Of a DNA stretch of 64,000 nucleotides, positions 11,801 to 27,700 are shown piece after piece. The notes beneath the pieces are model-generated. The model did not search any database, was not told where the DNA came from, and worked only from the letters and a program-made list of their open reading frames with translations. The position numbers were made by a program, and so were the translations under genes. Positions within the stretch are counted from its first letter, which is position 1. The number at the start of each line of letters is the position of its first letter. Origin of the DNA: Eledone cirrhosa (lineage: Eukaryota); assembly GCA_964016885.1 (NCBI GenBank), contig OZ024746.1, positions 7,316,001 to 7,380,000 on the forward strand, in the 5' to 3' direction.

Positions 11801-13938
11801 TGAGCCTCCTGGCTTGAGACAGACTAGACTAGAGTTAGAATTAACTTCTTAATGATCAATGCAGTAAATATAGGAATTATTTTGTTTTTATGTAATGTGT
11901 CAGTAATTTCTCTGATTTATGTTTTACCCTTTTAATCCTGTATTTCTAATGAACTACTTACTATGTTGGTCTCGAATAATTGTCCTCCACTCAACCCACT
12001 TATCAATTTTACTCACAAAACTTGTGATGACCCAACATACCACATGGTGGGATCACAAGGTTATGGTGACACAGTGGGATCAAACTCAGAACCTCATGAT
12101 TGAAGCAAACTTCTTAGCCATTTGGCTATACTACATCCACAAAGACTTAAAACCATATATATATATTTATAGCAACAAACTGAAGCTTAGTAATGAATAT
12201 GGCTGCCTAAGAGAAATATCTCCACTATGCAATAAAGATTAAAACAAGAATTTAATCTAATATTATTATAAATCAGTTAACATGCTTGGTGGAATAACTT
12301 GTTGACCATACATTGAAGATGGTTTTATATATACTTTCTCATATTGGCATGGGTTGGACAAGATTTCATGACCTCACTCCCACCCTAAATAATGGGCTAA
12401 AGAAAATATAAGCCAAGTCTTCTTGTAAAATTGAAATATCTGGTGAGCTAATGTTTTTCTTTTCTTAATTATTCTGTGGTGAAATGGGATTTACATATCT
12501 CTGGCTCTGATATGCCATCAAATACACTACTTCATATTGTTAGCTTTTTACATCTGTTTTTTAATGCTTATAAAAGAATGATGATGGTATATATCTTGTT
12601 CAACCCATGCCAACATAGGATATATATATACACACACACACAGTAGGACAAGAAATTAGACAGGGTAGATATGGTACAGAAGTAGAGCAAAAAAACAAAA
12701 CATCAACACAGGGTCATCAGTTATTGACTAGATATTAACATGATTTCAATACTATATATATACACACATTATATATATATCTATATATATGTGTAAAGTA
12801 TGGGAATATTAAAATAATGATGCTGGCAGCCATTGTGTACAGGTTTTAAAATATCTTTAATAAAGGTTGAAAAAAATAACATTTGGATAAAGAAAAAATA
12901 TAGCTACCATTTTTCTTTTTTCATTTTTTCTCGTCTGTTAGCACGCGATTTTCTTAAGCGCCGGAATGACTCTCTCAAAGACTTTTTGAAGGAAATACGG
13001 CGAGAAAGAAGAGAGTCATTCACAACAGCATTGGCCATATCTAGAAGAAATATACAATTTTAATTTATATATATACACCTCCCACATCCTAACAGCGGTA
13101 TTCCTAGATCTACCTCTCCAATTCCATGCATCTCTCCCACTCAAGTCTTCCGTCCACACCGTAAAGCAGCTGTTTTGGTGTCACAACAAAAAGTACCCAG
13201 TCCACACTAAAGTGATCAACAAAAAACACATTGTAAATGAGGTTGGTGTTAGGAAGGGTATCCAGTTGTAGAAACCAAGTCAAAATCAGTTCTGTATGTG
13301 CAAGAGACGGTCACCTGATCTAACAACAGGACAGCTCGTCTAACCAATGCTAGCGTGGAAAATGGACGTTAAATAATGATGAACATAAACACTTCTATGA
13401 ATGTGATGTGTTGATAGTAGTAGCAGTTGTTATATGTCATATATATATATATATATATAGTAGTAACAGTTGTTATATGTCATATATATATATATATAGT
13501 AGTAACAGTTGTTATATGTCATATATATATATATAGTAGTAGCAGTTGTTATATGTAATATATATATATATAGTAGTAACAGTTGTTATATGTCATATAT
13601 ATATATATATAGTAGTAACAGTTGTTATATGTCATATATATATATATAGTAGTAGCAGTTGTTATATGTCATATATATATATATATATAGTAGTAGCAGT
13701 TGTTATATGTCATATATATATATATATAGTAGTAACAGTTGTTATATGTCATATATATATATATAGTAGTAACAGTTGTTATATGTCATATATATATATA
13801 TAGTAGTAGCAGTTGTTATATGTAATATATATATATATATAGTAGCAGTTGTTATATGTCATATATATATATATATATATAGTAGTAACAGTTGTTATAT
13901 GTCATATATATATATATAGTAGTAGCAGTTGTTATATG

Positions 13939-13978
<40 letters not shown>

Positions 13979-15156
13979 GTAACAGTTGTTATATGTCATA
14001 TATATATATATAGTAGTAACAGTTGTTATATGTCATATATATATAGTAGTAGCAGTTGTTATATGTCATATATATATATATAGTAGTAACAGTTGTTATA
14101 TGTCATATATATATATATATATAGTAGTAACAGTTGTTATATGTCATATATATATATATAGTAGTAACAGTTGTTATATGTCATATATATATATATAGTA
14201 GTAGCAGTTGTTATATGTCATATATATATATAGTAGTAGCAGTTGTTATATGTCATATATATATAGTAGTAACAGTTGTTATATGTCATATATATATATA
14301 TATATAGTAGTAGCAGTTGTTATATGTAATATATATATATATAGTAGTAACAGTTGTTATATGTCATATATATATATATAGTAGTAGCAGTTGTTATATG
14401 TCATATATATATATATATATAGTAGTAACAGTTGTTATATGTCATATATATATATATAGTAGTAACAGTTGTTATATATCATATATATATATATAGTAGT
14501 AGCAGTTGTTATATGTCATATATATATATAGTAGTAACAGTTGTTATATGTCATATATATATATATATATAGTAGTAGCAGTTGTTATATGTAATATATA
14601 TATAGTAGTAACAGTTGTTATATGTCATATATATATATATAGTAGTAGCAGTTGTTATATGTCATATATATATATATATATAGTAGTAACAGTTGTTATA
14701 TGTCATATATATATATATAGTAGTAACAGTTGTTATATGTCATATATATATATATAGTAGTAACAGTTGTTATATGTCATATATATATATATAGTAGTAA
14801 CAGTTGTTATATGTCATATATATATATATAGTAGTAACAGTTGTTATATGTCATATATATATATATAGTAGTAGCAGTTGTTATATGTCATATATATATA
14901 TATAGTAGTAGCAGTTGTTATATGTCATATATATATATATATATATATAGTAGTAACAGTTGTTATATGTCATATATATATATATAGTAGTAGCAGTTGT
15001 TATATGTCATATATATATATATAGTAGTAGCAGTTGTTATATGTCATATATATATATATATAGTAATAACAGTCGTTATATGTCATATATATATATATAG
15101 TAGTAACAGTTGTTATATGTCATATATATATATATAGTAGTAGCAGTTGTTATATG

Positions 15157-15202
<46 letters not shown>

Positions 15203-18200
15203 GTAACAGTTGTTATATGTCATATATATATATATATAGTAGTAACAGTTGTTATATGTCATATATATATATATAGTAGTAACAGTTGTTATATGTCATA
15301 TATATATATATATAGTAGTAACAGTTGTTATATGTCATATATATAGTAGTAACAGTTGTTATATGTCATATATATATATATACAAGTAACAGTTGTTATA
15401 TGTCATATATATATATATAGTAGTAACAGTTGTTATATGTCATATATATATATATATATATAGTAGTAACAGTTGTTATATGTCATATATATATATATAG
15501 TAGTAACAGTTGTTATGTCATATATATATATATAGTAGTAACAGTTGTTATATGTCATATATATATATATAGTAGTAACAGTTGTTATATGTCATATATA
15601 TATATATATATAGTAGTAACAGTTGTTATATGTCATATATATATATATATATAGTAGTAACAGTTGTTATATGTCATATATATATATATAGTAGTAACAG
15701 TTGTTATATGTCATATATATATATATAGTAGTAGCAGTTGTTATATGTCATATATATATATATATAGTAGTAACAGTTGTTATATGTCATATATATATAT
15801 ATAGTAGTAGCAGTTGTTATATGTCATATATATATATATATATAGTAGTAACAGTTGTTATATGTCATATATATATATATATATATATAGTAGTAACAGT
15901 TGTTATATGTCATATATATATATATAGTAGTAACAGTTGTTATATGTCATATATATATATATATATATAGTAGTAACAGTTGTTATATGTCATATATATA
16001 TATATATATATATATAGTAGTAACAGTTGTTATATGTCATATATATATAGTAGTAGCAGTTGTTATATGTCATATATATATATATAGTAGTAACAGTTGT
16101 TATATGTAATATTTATATATATAGTAGTAACAGTTGTTATATGTCATATATATATATATAGTAGTAGCAGTTGTTATATGTCATATATATATATATAGTA
16201 GTAACAGTTGTTATATATATATATATATATATATAGTAGTAACAGTTGTTATGTCATATATATATATATAGTAGTAGCAGTTGTTATATTTAATATATAT
16301 ATATATAGTAGTAACAGTTGTTATATGTCATATATATATATATAGTAGTAACAGTTGTTATATGTCATATATATATATATAGTAGTAGCAGTTGTTATAT
16401 GTCATATATATATAGTAGTAGCAGTTGTTATATGTCATATATATATATATAGTAGTAACAGTTGTTATATGTCATATATATATATATATAGTAGTAACAG
16501 TTGTTATATGTCATATATATATATATAGTAGTAGCAGTTGTTATATGTCATATATATATATATAGTAGTAGCAGTTGTTATATGTCATTTTTATATATAT
16601 AGTAGTAACAGTTGTTATATGTCATATATATATATATATATATAGTAGTAACAGTTGTTATATGTCATATATTTATATATATATAGTAGTAACAGTTGTT
16701 ATATGTCATATATATATAGTAGTAACAGTTGTTATATGTCATATATATATATATATAGTAGTAGCAGTTGTTATATGTCATATATATATATATATATATA
16801 TATAGTAGTAACAGTTGTTATATGTCATATATATATATATATATATAGTAGTAACAGTTGTTATATGTCATATATATATATATAGTAGTAGCAGTTGTTA
16901 TATGTCATATATATATACATAGTAGTAACAGTTGTTGTATGTAATCATCATCATCATCAACGTTTAACGTCCGTGTTCCACGCTTGCATGGGTTTGGACG
17001 GGGGTTTTCCCACTTGAGGCAAGAGTGATTGCTCGCATAGGACTGTCTGGCGGGTTTTCTACAGTTGGATGCCCTTCCTAACACCAACCACATTTACAGT
17101 GTGGGGCTGGGAGGTTTTTACCGTGTTGCCTACACGGCCACATTATAGCGTGGACTGTGTGTTTTTTTGTCGTGACACCTACACGATCTCATTTGTTTCG
17201 GCCTGGATGGTGTGGCACCAACATAACTTTACATAGGAGGGGGTGGTGTGGATGGGGTAGGGGTGGTGGGACGGGGGTGTATTTTGTTAGAGATGCCTAC
17301 TGGCTGTAGTAGGTTTTACTATGTATTTAGGTAAGGTGGGTCTTCTCTATTACTGAGTACCGCCAAAGGTCTCGGTCCAGTGACATTGTCTTGGAGAGGT
17401 GTAAGTGTGTGAGGTCGGAATTTATCAGCTCGTCCCAGGATTTTCTAGGTCTGCCTATTCCGTGGCTACCGTCTATCTTTATTGCCCTGCACTTTGTTAT
17501 ACAGCTATCGACTTTCATGCGCATCACGTGTCCATACCAACGTAGCCTTCTCTCGAGTAAACAACATCTGATCCCTCTTATTTCTAATTTTTTCCTTAGT
17601 TCGTTTATGCTTTGCCGTTCACGTATATTACTATTACACATCCAGCGGAGCATGCAAGCTTCGTTCCTCTCTAGTCTGCGTATATCCTCTGCACACAATG
17701 CCCAGGTCTCACTGCCATGCAACATTGCTGTTAGTATGCAGGCATCATACAACCTGCCTTTCATTTTTAGGGAGAACCCTTTAGCGGCTAATACTGGTAT
17801 AAGCTTTCTGAACTTTTTCCATCCAGTTCTGACTCTGGCTACTGTACTTTCAGAGCACCCTCCCCCACTGCTGATTTTGTCACCCAGGTAACGGAAGCTA
17901 TATATATATATATAGTAGTAACAGTTGTTATATGTCATATATATATATATATATAGTAGTAACAGTTGTTATATGTCATATATATATATATAGTAGTAGC
18001 AGTTGTTATATGTCATATATATATATATATAGTAGTAACAGTTGTTGTATGTCATGTATATATATATATATAGTAGTAGCAGTTGTTATATGTCATATAT
18101 ATAGTAGTAACAGTTGTTATATGTCATATATATATATATATAGTAGTAACAGTTGTTATATGTAATATATATATATATAGTAGTAACAGTTGTTATATGT

Positions 18201-18706
18201 CATATATATATATATATATATATAGTAGTAGCAGTTGTTATATGTCATATATATATATATATATATATAGTAGTAACAGTTGTTATATGTCATATATATA
18301 TATATAGTAGTAACAGTTGTTATGTCATATATATATATATATAGTAGTAGCAGTTGTTATATGTCATATATATATATATAGTAGTAACAGTTGTTATGTC
18401 ATATATATATATATATAGTAGTAACAGTTGTTATATGTCATATATATATATATAGTAGTAACAGTTGTTATATGTCATATATATATATATAGTAGTAACA
18501 GTTGTTATATGTCATATATATATATATATATATATAGTAGTAACAGTTGTTATATGTCATATATATATATATAGTAGTAGCAGTTGTTATATGTCATATA
18601 TATATATATAGTAGTAGCAGTTGTTATATGTCATATATATATATATAGTAGTAACAGTTGTTATATGTCATATATATATATATATATAGTAGTAACAGTT
18701 GTTATA

Positions 18707-18756
<50 letters not shown>

Positions 18757-21700
18757 TATATGTGTTACAAACATGTGACTGTTACACCAAAGATCCTTTG
18801 GTGTTACAAACATGTGACTTATTCCAAAGATCCTTTGGTGTTACAAACATGTGACTGTTACACCAAAAATCCTTTGGTGTTACAAACATGTGACTGTTAC
18901 TCCAAAGACCCTTTGGTGTTACAAACATGTGACTGTTACTCCAAAGATCCTTTGGTGTTACAAACATGTGACTGTTACTCCAAAGATCCTTTGGTGTTAC
19001 AAACATGTGACTGTTACTCCAAAGATCCTTTGGTGTTGCAAACATGTGACTGTTACACCAAAGATCCTTTGGTGTTGCAAACATGTGACTGTTACTCCAA
19101 AGATCCTTTGGTGTTACAAACATGTGACTGTTACACCAAAGATCCTTTGGTGTTATAAACATGTGACTGTTACTCCAAAGATCCTTTGGTGTTACAAACA
19201 TGTGACTGTTACTCCAAAGATCCTTTGGTGTTACAAACATGTGACTTATTCCAAAGATCCTTTGGTGTTACAAACATGTGACTGTTACACCAAAGATCCT
19301 TTGGTGTTACAAACATGTGACTGTTACTCCAAAGATCCTTTGGTGTTACAAACATGTGACTGTTACTCCAAAGATCCTTTGGTGTTACAAACATGTGACT
19401 GTTACTCCAAAGACCCTTTGGTGTTACAAACATGTGACTGTTACTCCAAAGACCCTTTGGTGTTACAAACATGTGACTGTTACACCAAAGATCCTTTGGT
19501 GTTACAAACATGTGACTTATTCCAAAGATCCTTTGGTGTTACAAACATGTGACTGTTACTCCAAAGATCCTTTGGTGTTACAAACATGTGACTGTTACTC
19601 CAAAGATCCTTTGGTGTTACAAACATGTGACTGTTACTCCAAAGATCCTTTGGTGTTACAAACATGTGACTGTTACTCCAAAGATCCTTTGGTGTTACAA
19701 ACATGTGACTGTTACTCCAAAGACCCTTTGGTGTTACAAACATGTGACTGTTCCTCCAAAGACCCTTTGGTGTTACAAACATGTGACTGTTACTCCAAAG
19801 ACCCTTTGGTGTTACAAACATGTGACTGTTACTCCAAAGACCCTTTGGTGTTACAAACAAAATAAATATTATGGTAGCTTGGAAGAGATATAAGCCTGAT
19901 AAACTCATGTAGCGAAGTGGACATTAAAGAAATGATAGGATGCAATACGACATTAGGATTTTATTTAAGATTAAGTTACCATTTGGATTTAAAGTACAGC
20001 GGTAGAGTATTCCTTTCTTTTGGCAATAGTCGAAGAGAGCGAAACCATGAGCAGTACCAGCAACTCCCCTGGAAATAGAATTAACATTATAATATATAAC
20101 TTTAGTTTAGGTAGTAATAAACAAGTTAAAAAATCTATTCATGCTTTGGATATCAGTTTTTGACTGGTAATATTTTCAGAAGATCTGACAGTTATATTTC
20201 GAAGGTAAATAAACTAAGACATGTAAAAATGGTGATACTGGCAGCAATTGTGAAGTGTTAGTGTCTTGGCAATGTAATATAACTATCAGCTTGGATAGTG
20301 TTATTATTTGTCACATTCTACAATAGAGAAGACATTGATCTAAACATGTAAAGTGTCCCTTCACTACCCACAACTGAAGAGAATAAACACAGACAATAAT
20401 TTGTGAGAGAAGTTTCTGGCCCTTAAAATCAGAGAAAGATGTGGAAGAAGTGGGTGGATTGGGGCAGCATAACAAAGGTAAGACTATTAGAAGAAAACAT
20501 TAAAAAGTTTGCTGACTCACAGTTGCCATTCTGAATTGATAGCAAGGGACGTGCAAGCAGCAGGAGGTAACAACTGCATTACACAAGTTGGTTGAAAGCC
20601 AGGCGCAAATTTCAAATCTCCTTCTTGTGGTGTTAAAGCTTCGTGGCCCTTCCAAACAAAGTTGTCATTATCTCCAACAATATTAATGGTGACATGTGTC
20701 ACCTCTTGCTCCCGTTGTTCTCGCTCCATCTGAAGGACTATGACTTGACCAGCTGTCCCCGCTGCTATCAATGTTTCACTGAGGGGGCAAAGAGCAATTT
20801 TCTGAATAGCCCAGCGAGGATCATCACTGTAAGGGTCGAAACTGCCAACCTGAATAATTAGTCATTAAATACAGATTAAAACAAATGAAATATAATTTGT
20901 CAAACATTGTCCCTTAATAAAATACTTATGATCAATGTCAGACAGATACAAACAGAATCATTTCAAATGAACCAAGTCAATTAGTCAATTGGAGGAGTGT
21001 TACCATTTTCAGCATTACATAAAGAAGAACTTTTGTAATCTATTTAATCTAAAATCAAAACAAAAACAGACAGAAGACAAAATGTGCACATGCTAAGGTG
21101 AAAAATAATGTAGGACACATGGCTTTCCTAGATATGTAGTATAGCAGTAATTACAATAAAAAAGCATCAAGATGTTGGTTTGAGTCCACACAAGGTGCCA
21201 CATGATCAGTGTGAAAGTTAAGAAAAACTCTGAAACGAATGACATTGTTTCAAAATATCTACAATATATTTTATACCAACAACACTGTTTAAATCTCTCT
21301 ACAATATATTTTATACCAACAACACTGTTTAAATCTCTCTACAATATATTTTATACCAACAACACTGTTTAAATCTCTCTACAATATATTTTATACCAAC
21401 AACACTGTTTAAATCTCTCTACAATATATTTTATAACAACAACACTGTTTAAATCTCTCTACAATATATTCTATAACAACACTGTTTAAATCTCTCTACA
21501 ATATATTTTATACCAACAACACTGTTTAAATCTCTCTACAATATATTTTATACCAACAACACTGTTTAAATCTCTCTACAATATATTTTATACCAACAAC
21601 ACTGTTTAAATCTCTCTACAATATATTTTATAACAACAACACTGTTTAAATCTCTCTACAATATATTTTATACCAACAACACTGTTTAAATCTCTCTACA

Positions 21701-24700
21701 ATATATTTTATACCAACAACACTGTTTAAATCTCTCTACAATATATTTTATAACAACACTGTTTAAATCTCTCTACAATATATTTTATAACAACACTGTT
21801 TAAATCTCTCTACAATATATTTTATAACAACAACACTGTTTAAATCTCTCTACAATATATTTTATACCAACAACGCTGTTTAAATCTCTCTACAATATAT
21901 TTTATAACAACACTGTTTAAATCTCTCTAAATCTCTCTACAATATATTTTATACCAACAACACTGTTTAAATCTCTCTACAATATATTTTATACCAACAA
22001 CACTGTTTAAATCTCTCTACAATATATTTTATAACAACACTGTTTAAATCTCTCTACAATATATTTTATACCAACAACACTGTTTAAATCTCTCTACAAT
22101 ATATTTTATAACAACAACACTGTTTAAATCTCTCTACAATATATTTTATACCAACAACACTGTTTAAATCTCTCTACAATATATTTTATAACAACACTGT
22201 TTAAATCTCTCTACAATATATTTTATACCAACAACACTGTTTAAATCTCTCTACAATATATTTTATACCAACAACACTGTTTAAATCTCTCTACAATATA
22301 TTTTATACCAACAACATGTTTAAATCTCTCTACAATATATTTTATACCAACAGTTTAAATCTCTCTACAATATATTTTATAACACTGTTTAAATCTCTCT
22401 ACAATATATTTTATACCAACAACATTGTTTAAATCTCTCTACAATATATTTTATACCAACAACACTGTTTAAATCTCTCTACAATATATTTTATACCAAC
22501 AACACTGTTTAAATCTCTCTACAATATATTTTATACCAACAACACTGTTTAAATCTCTCTACAATATATTTTATACCAACAACACTGTTTAAATCTCTCT
22601 ACAATATATTTTATACCAACAACACTGTTTAAATCTCTCTACAATATATTTTATACCAACAACATTGTTTAAATCTCTCTACAATATATTTTATACCAAC
22701 AACACTGTTCAAATCTCTCTACAATATATTTTATAACAACAACACTGTTTAAATCTCTCTACAATATATTTTATACCAACAACACTGTTTAAATCTCTCT
22801 ACAATATATTTTATACCAACAACACTGTTTAAATCTCTCTACAATATATTTTATAACAACACTGTTTAAATCTCTCTACAATATATTTTATAACAACACT
22901 GTTTAAATCTCTCTACAATATATTTTATAACAACAACACTGTTTAAATCTCTCTACAATATATTTTATACCAACAACGCTGTTTAAATCTCTCTACAATA
23001 TATTTTATAACAACACTGTTTAAATCTCTCTAAATCTCTCTACAATATATTTTATACCAACAACACTGTTTAAATCTCTCTACAATATATTTTATACCAA
23101 CAACACTGTTTAAATCTCTCTACAATATATTTTATAACAACACTGTTTAAATCTCTCTACAATATATTTTATACCAACAACACTGTTTAAATCTCTCTAC
23201 AATATATTTTATAACAACAACACTGTTTAAATCTCTCTACAATATATTTTATACCAACAACACTGTTTAAATCTCTCTACAATATATTTTATAACAACAC
23301 TGTTTAAATCTCTCTACAATATATTTTATACCAACAACACTGTTTAAATCTCTCTACAATATATTTTATACCAACAACACTGTTTAAATCTCTCTACAAT
23401 ATATTTTATACCAACAACATGTTTAAATCTCTCTACAATATATTTTATACCAACAGTTTAAATCTCTCTACAATATATTTTATAACACTGTTTAAATCTC
23501 TCTACAATATATTTTATACCAACAACATTGTTTAAATCTCTCTACAATATATTTTATACCAACAACACTGTTTAAATCTCTCTACAATATATTTTATACC
23601 AACAACACTGTTTAAATCTCTCTACAATATATTTTATAGCAACAACACTGTTTAAATCTCTCTACAATATATTTTATACCAACAACACTGTTTAAATCTC
23701 TCTACAATATATTTTATACCAACAACACTGTTTAAATCTCTACAATATATTTTATAACAACACTGTTTAAATCTCTCTACAATATATGTTATACCAACAC
23801 TGTTTAAATCTCTCTACAATATATTTTATAACAACAACACTGTTTAAATCTCTCTACAATATATTTTATACCAACAACACTGTTTAAATCTCTCTACAAT
23901 ATATTTTATAACAACACTGTTTAAATCTCTCTACAATATATTTTATAACAACACTGCTTAAATCTCTCTACAATATATTTTATAACAACAACACTATTTA
24001 AATCTCTCTACAATATATTTTATAACAACACTGTTTAAATCTCTCTACAATATATTTTATACCAACAACACTGTTTAAATCTCTCTACAATATATTTTAT
24101 AACAACAACACTGTTTAAATCTCTCTACAATATATTTTATACCAACAACACTGTTTAAATCTCTCTACAATATATTTTATACCAACAACACTGTTTAAAT
24201 CTCTCTACAATATATTTTATACCAACAACACTGTTTAAATCTCTACAATATATTTTATAACAACACTGTTTAAATCTCTCTACAATATATGTTATACCAA
24301 CACTGTTTAAATCTCTCTACAATATATTTTATAACAACAACACTGTTTAAATCTCTCTACAATATATTTTATACCAACAACACTGTTTAAATCTCTCTAC
24401 AATATATTTTATAACAACACTGTTTAAATCTCTCTACAATATATTTTATAACAACACTGCTTAAATCTCTCTACAATATATTTTATAACAACAACACTAT
24501 TTAAATCTCTCTACAATATATTTTATAACAACACTGTTTAAATCTCTCTACAATATATTTTATACCAACAACACTGTTTAAATCTCTCTACAATATATTT
24601 TATAACAACAACACTGTTTAAATCTCTCTACAATATATTTTATACCAACAACACTGTTTAAATCTCTCTACAATATATTTTATACCAACAACACTGTTTA

Positions 24701-27700
24701 AATCTCTCTACAATATATTTTATAACAACAACACTGTTTAAATCTCTCTACAATATATTTTATAACAACAACACTGTTTAAATTTCTCTACAATATATTT
24801 TATAACACTGTTTAAATCTCTCTACAATATATTTTATACCAACAGTTTAAATCTCTCTACAATATATTTTATACCAACACTGTTTAAATCTCTCTACAAT
24901 ATATTTTATACCAACAACACTGTTTAAACCTCTCTACAATATATTTTATAACAACAACACTGTTTAAATCTCTCTACAATATATTTTATAACAACACTGT
25001 TTAAATCTCTCTACAATATATTTTATACCAACACTGTTTAAATCTCTCTACAATATATTTTATAACAACACTGTTTAAATCTCTCTACAATATATTTTAT
25101 ACCAACAACACTGTTTAAATCTCTCTACAATATATTTTATACCAATGCCATTTTACACCTGCCCTCTACGGTAACATGGACTTGGATTACAGAACTAACA
25201 ATTAACTTTAAACATGATATTAATCAATTATTTTATGGTTAACAAACTAAGTTTTATATGGATTATTATTATATATATTCTAAAACAAGTTACAAACAAA
25301 TCTGCCTCCATCTGCTGTCAATGAAGGTGCTCAGTAAAAAATATTTTAACTGTGAAAGTTGGGGTAGTGTGGGGTGTTAGCAAGGACTGCAATATTACAA
25401 TTACATTCATAAATATGTATTATCATAACTGTCAGGTTAAAATATAAGACTACTCACTGATCTGTTTATGAGAGATCCACTTTCAAACATTACTACTTAA
25501 AAACACTATTATATATCCAAAGAACAAGTCATATTTTTATTCAACTCAACTTTTTTATTGTGTCACCAGCACTACCACTTTACAGTGAGGGCTGGGTACA
25601 TTTTATTGTGTCACCAGCACTACCACTTTACAGTGAGGGCTGGGTACATTCTATTGTGTCACCAGCACTACCACTTTACAGTGAGGGCTGCGTACATTTT
25701 ATTGTGTCACCAGCACTACCAGCTCAGTGTGGGCTGGGTACATTCTATTGTGTCACCAGCACTACCACTTTACAGTGAGGGCTGGGTACATTCTATTATG
25801 TCACCAGCACTACCACTTTACAGTGTGGGCTGGGTACATTTTATTGTGTCACCAGCACTACCACTTTACAGTGAGGGCAAGTAGTGCCACCATTTCTTTC
25901 TTTTGGTAAGAGAATTAATCCTCTAAATGACAGTATAAATGATAAAATCCCGGTACTGTGGCTCGCAATGAAGAAGTTGGAAAGACAAGTTAATACCAGA
26001 GATAGTCCAGTTACATCCCCTTTCTACTGGTTGAGACCTCGGGTGTCCTCTCACCCCGGACAACTGATCACCTCCATAAAATTGGATAGCAGCCTATCTG
26101 AGGAAAGAGCCCTGCGAGGTGGGGTGGCCGTTGCAGCATGTATCACTGGCCATTGTCCACAGAAATACCTTTGCCATTTTGCCCGCAGAGTGCAGCCGAA
26201 ACTCCTTTCTAACCTAGGTGTAGAGTCTCCCCTTCTTTCTTCCCCTTTTCTAGTAGTCCTTGTTTTTCCCCTCCTTTCCTCTCTTTTATGGCATTTATAG
26301 TCCTTTCCAATACTGCTTTATTTTTCTCTATATTTAACCAATTTATATTTAATAAATTATATAAGTGAATAAAAACTATCCCAATATAAATGATAAACTC
26401 TTACTATCACAGTATAAAGTTGTCATCAAATAATTGTCTATTTTAGAGCTTCAATAAGTCAAAATGTCCAAGTTAGAGCTATTATCCCAACCTATCCCAT
26501 AAAATAATAATGATAACATATTTTAAAATCTTTTACACAGACAAATTATCCACCCTATTTAATTGCTATCAACAATTAGTACATCGTTTAGACAATTCCC
26601 TCCAGCACTGCTGCTACAATTATCATCCCATTTTCCCACACTTGCATGGGTTGAACGGGTCCTCCTCAGCACAACATCTCTCCACTAGCTGTGTTCCTTT
26701 GTCATCTTCTCTGTGACTCTCAGTGATTTGAGGTCAGCTCTCACAACTTTTGCCCAGGTCTTTCTTGGTCTTCCTCTACAGCGGCTTCCTTCTACTGTCA
26801 TTTCCTGACACTTCTTCTCGCAGTGATCCTCATCCATGCACATCACATGTTCATACCCAGTCTTATCTCTTGTTACATTAGCTTATTTATAAGTATAGCT
26901 GGAGCTGGGGTAATGTTGAAAACAAATGCACAATATGCTGTTGTGTTGATAATCCTTGGTGATTCTATAGGGCTTTCCAGAGAGTGATAACCATATTTTT
27001 GTTTCTCAATCAGCCAGAGATTCTTCCAGACAGTCTGGCGTTGTACCATTGAGGGTAGCAATGGTGTAGGTAGTTCTTCCAGACAGTCTGAGGTTGTACC
27101 ATTGAGGGTAGCAATGGTGTAGGTAGTTCTTCCAGACAGTCTGAGGTTGTACCATTGAGGGTAGCAATGGTGTAGGTAGTTCTTCCAGACAGTCTGAGGT
27201 TGTACCATTGAGGGTAGCAATGGTGTAGGTAGTTCTTCCAGACAGTCTGAGGTTGTACCATTGAAGGTAGCAATGGTGAAGGTAGTTCTTCCAGACAGTC
27301 TGAGGTTGTACCATTGAGGGTAGCAATGGTGTAGGTAGTTCTTCCAGACAGTCTGAGGTTGTACCATTGAGGGTAGCAATGGTGTAGGTAGTTCTTCCAG
27401 ACAGTCTGAGGTTGTACCATTGAGGGTAGCAATGGTGTAGGTAGTTCTTCCAGACAGTCTGGGGTTGTACCATTGAGGGTAGCAATGGTGTAGAGGTTGT
27501 TTACGACATCTGTCAACACATTCCACTGATGTTTCAACTAATCCTAGAAGACCATGCAGTGATTTTGTTTTTTTTCAACTGTTTTTCAACTTTCTCAGAA
27601 TATGTGACAAATTATTTTTTCATCAGATCAGCTTGAAGCTGAAAAATGTCACAAGAAAGTCTATTACTGCTGATAGCTAACTGAACAAATGAAGACGTAT

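Noticed and set aside
11797-11820. CTGATGA-GCC-tcct-GGC hammerhead-like start (also 10812 CTGATGA-CCTC...GAGG)
   Set aside because: No GAAA, stem III or stem I; the first lies in a SINE tail.
13414-18755. CRISPR-like constant repeat with variable spacer
   Set aside because: The spacers are only (TA)n length variants; this is a eukaryotic intron with no cas genes.
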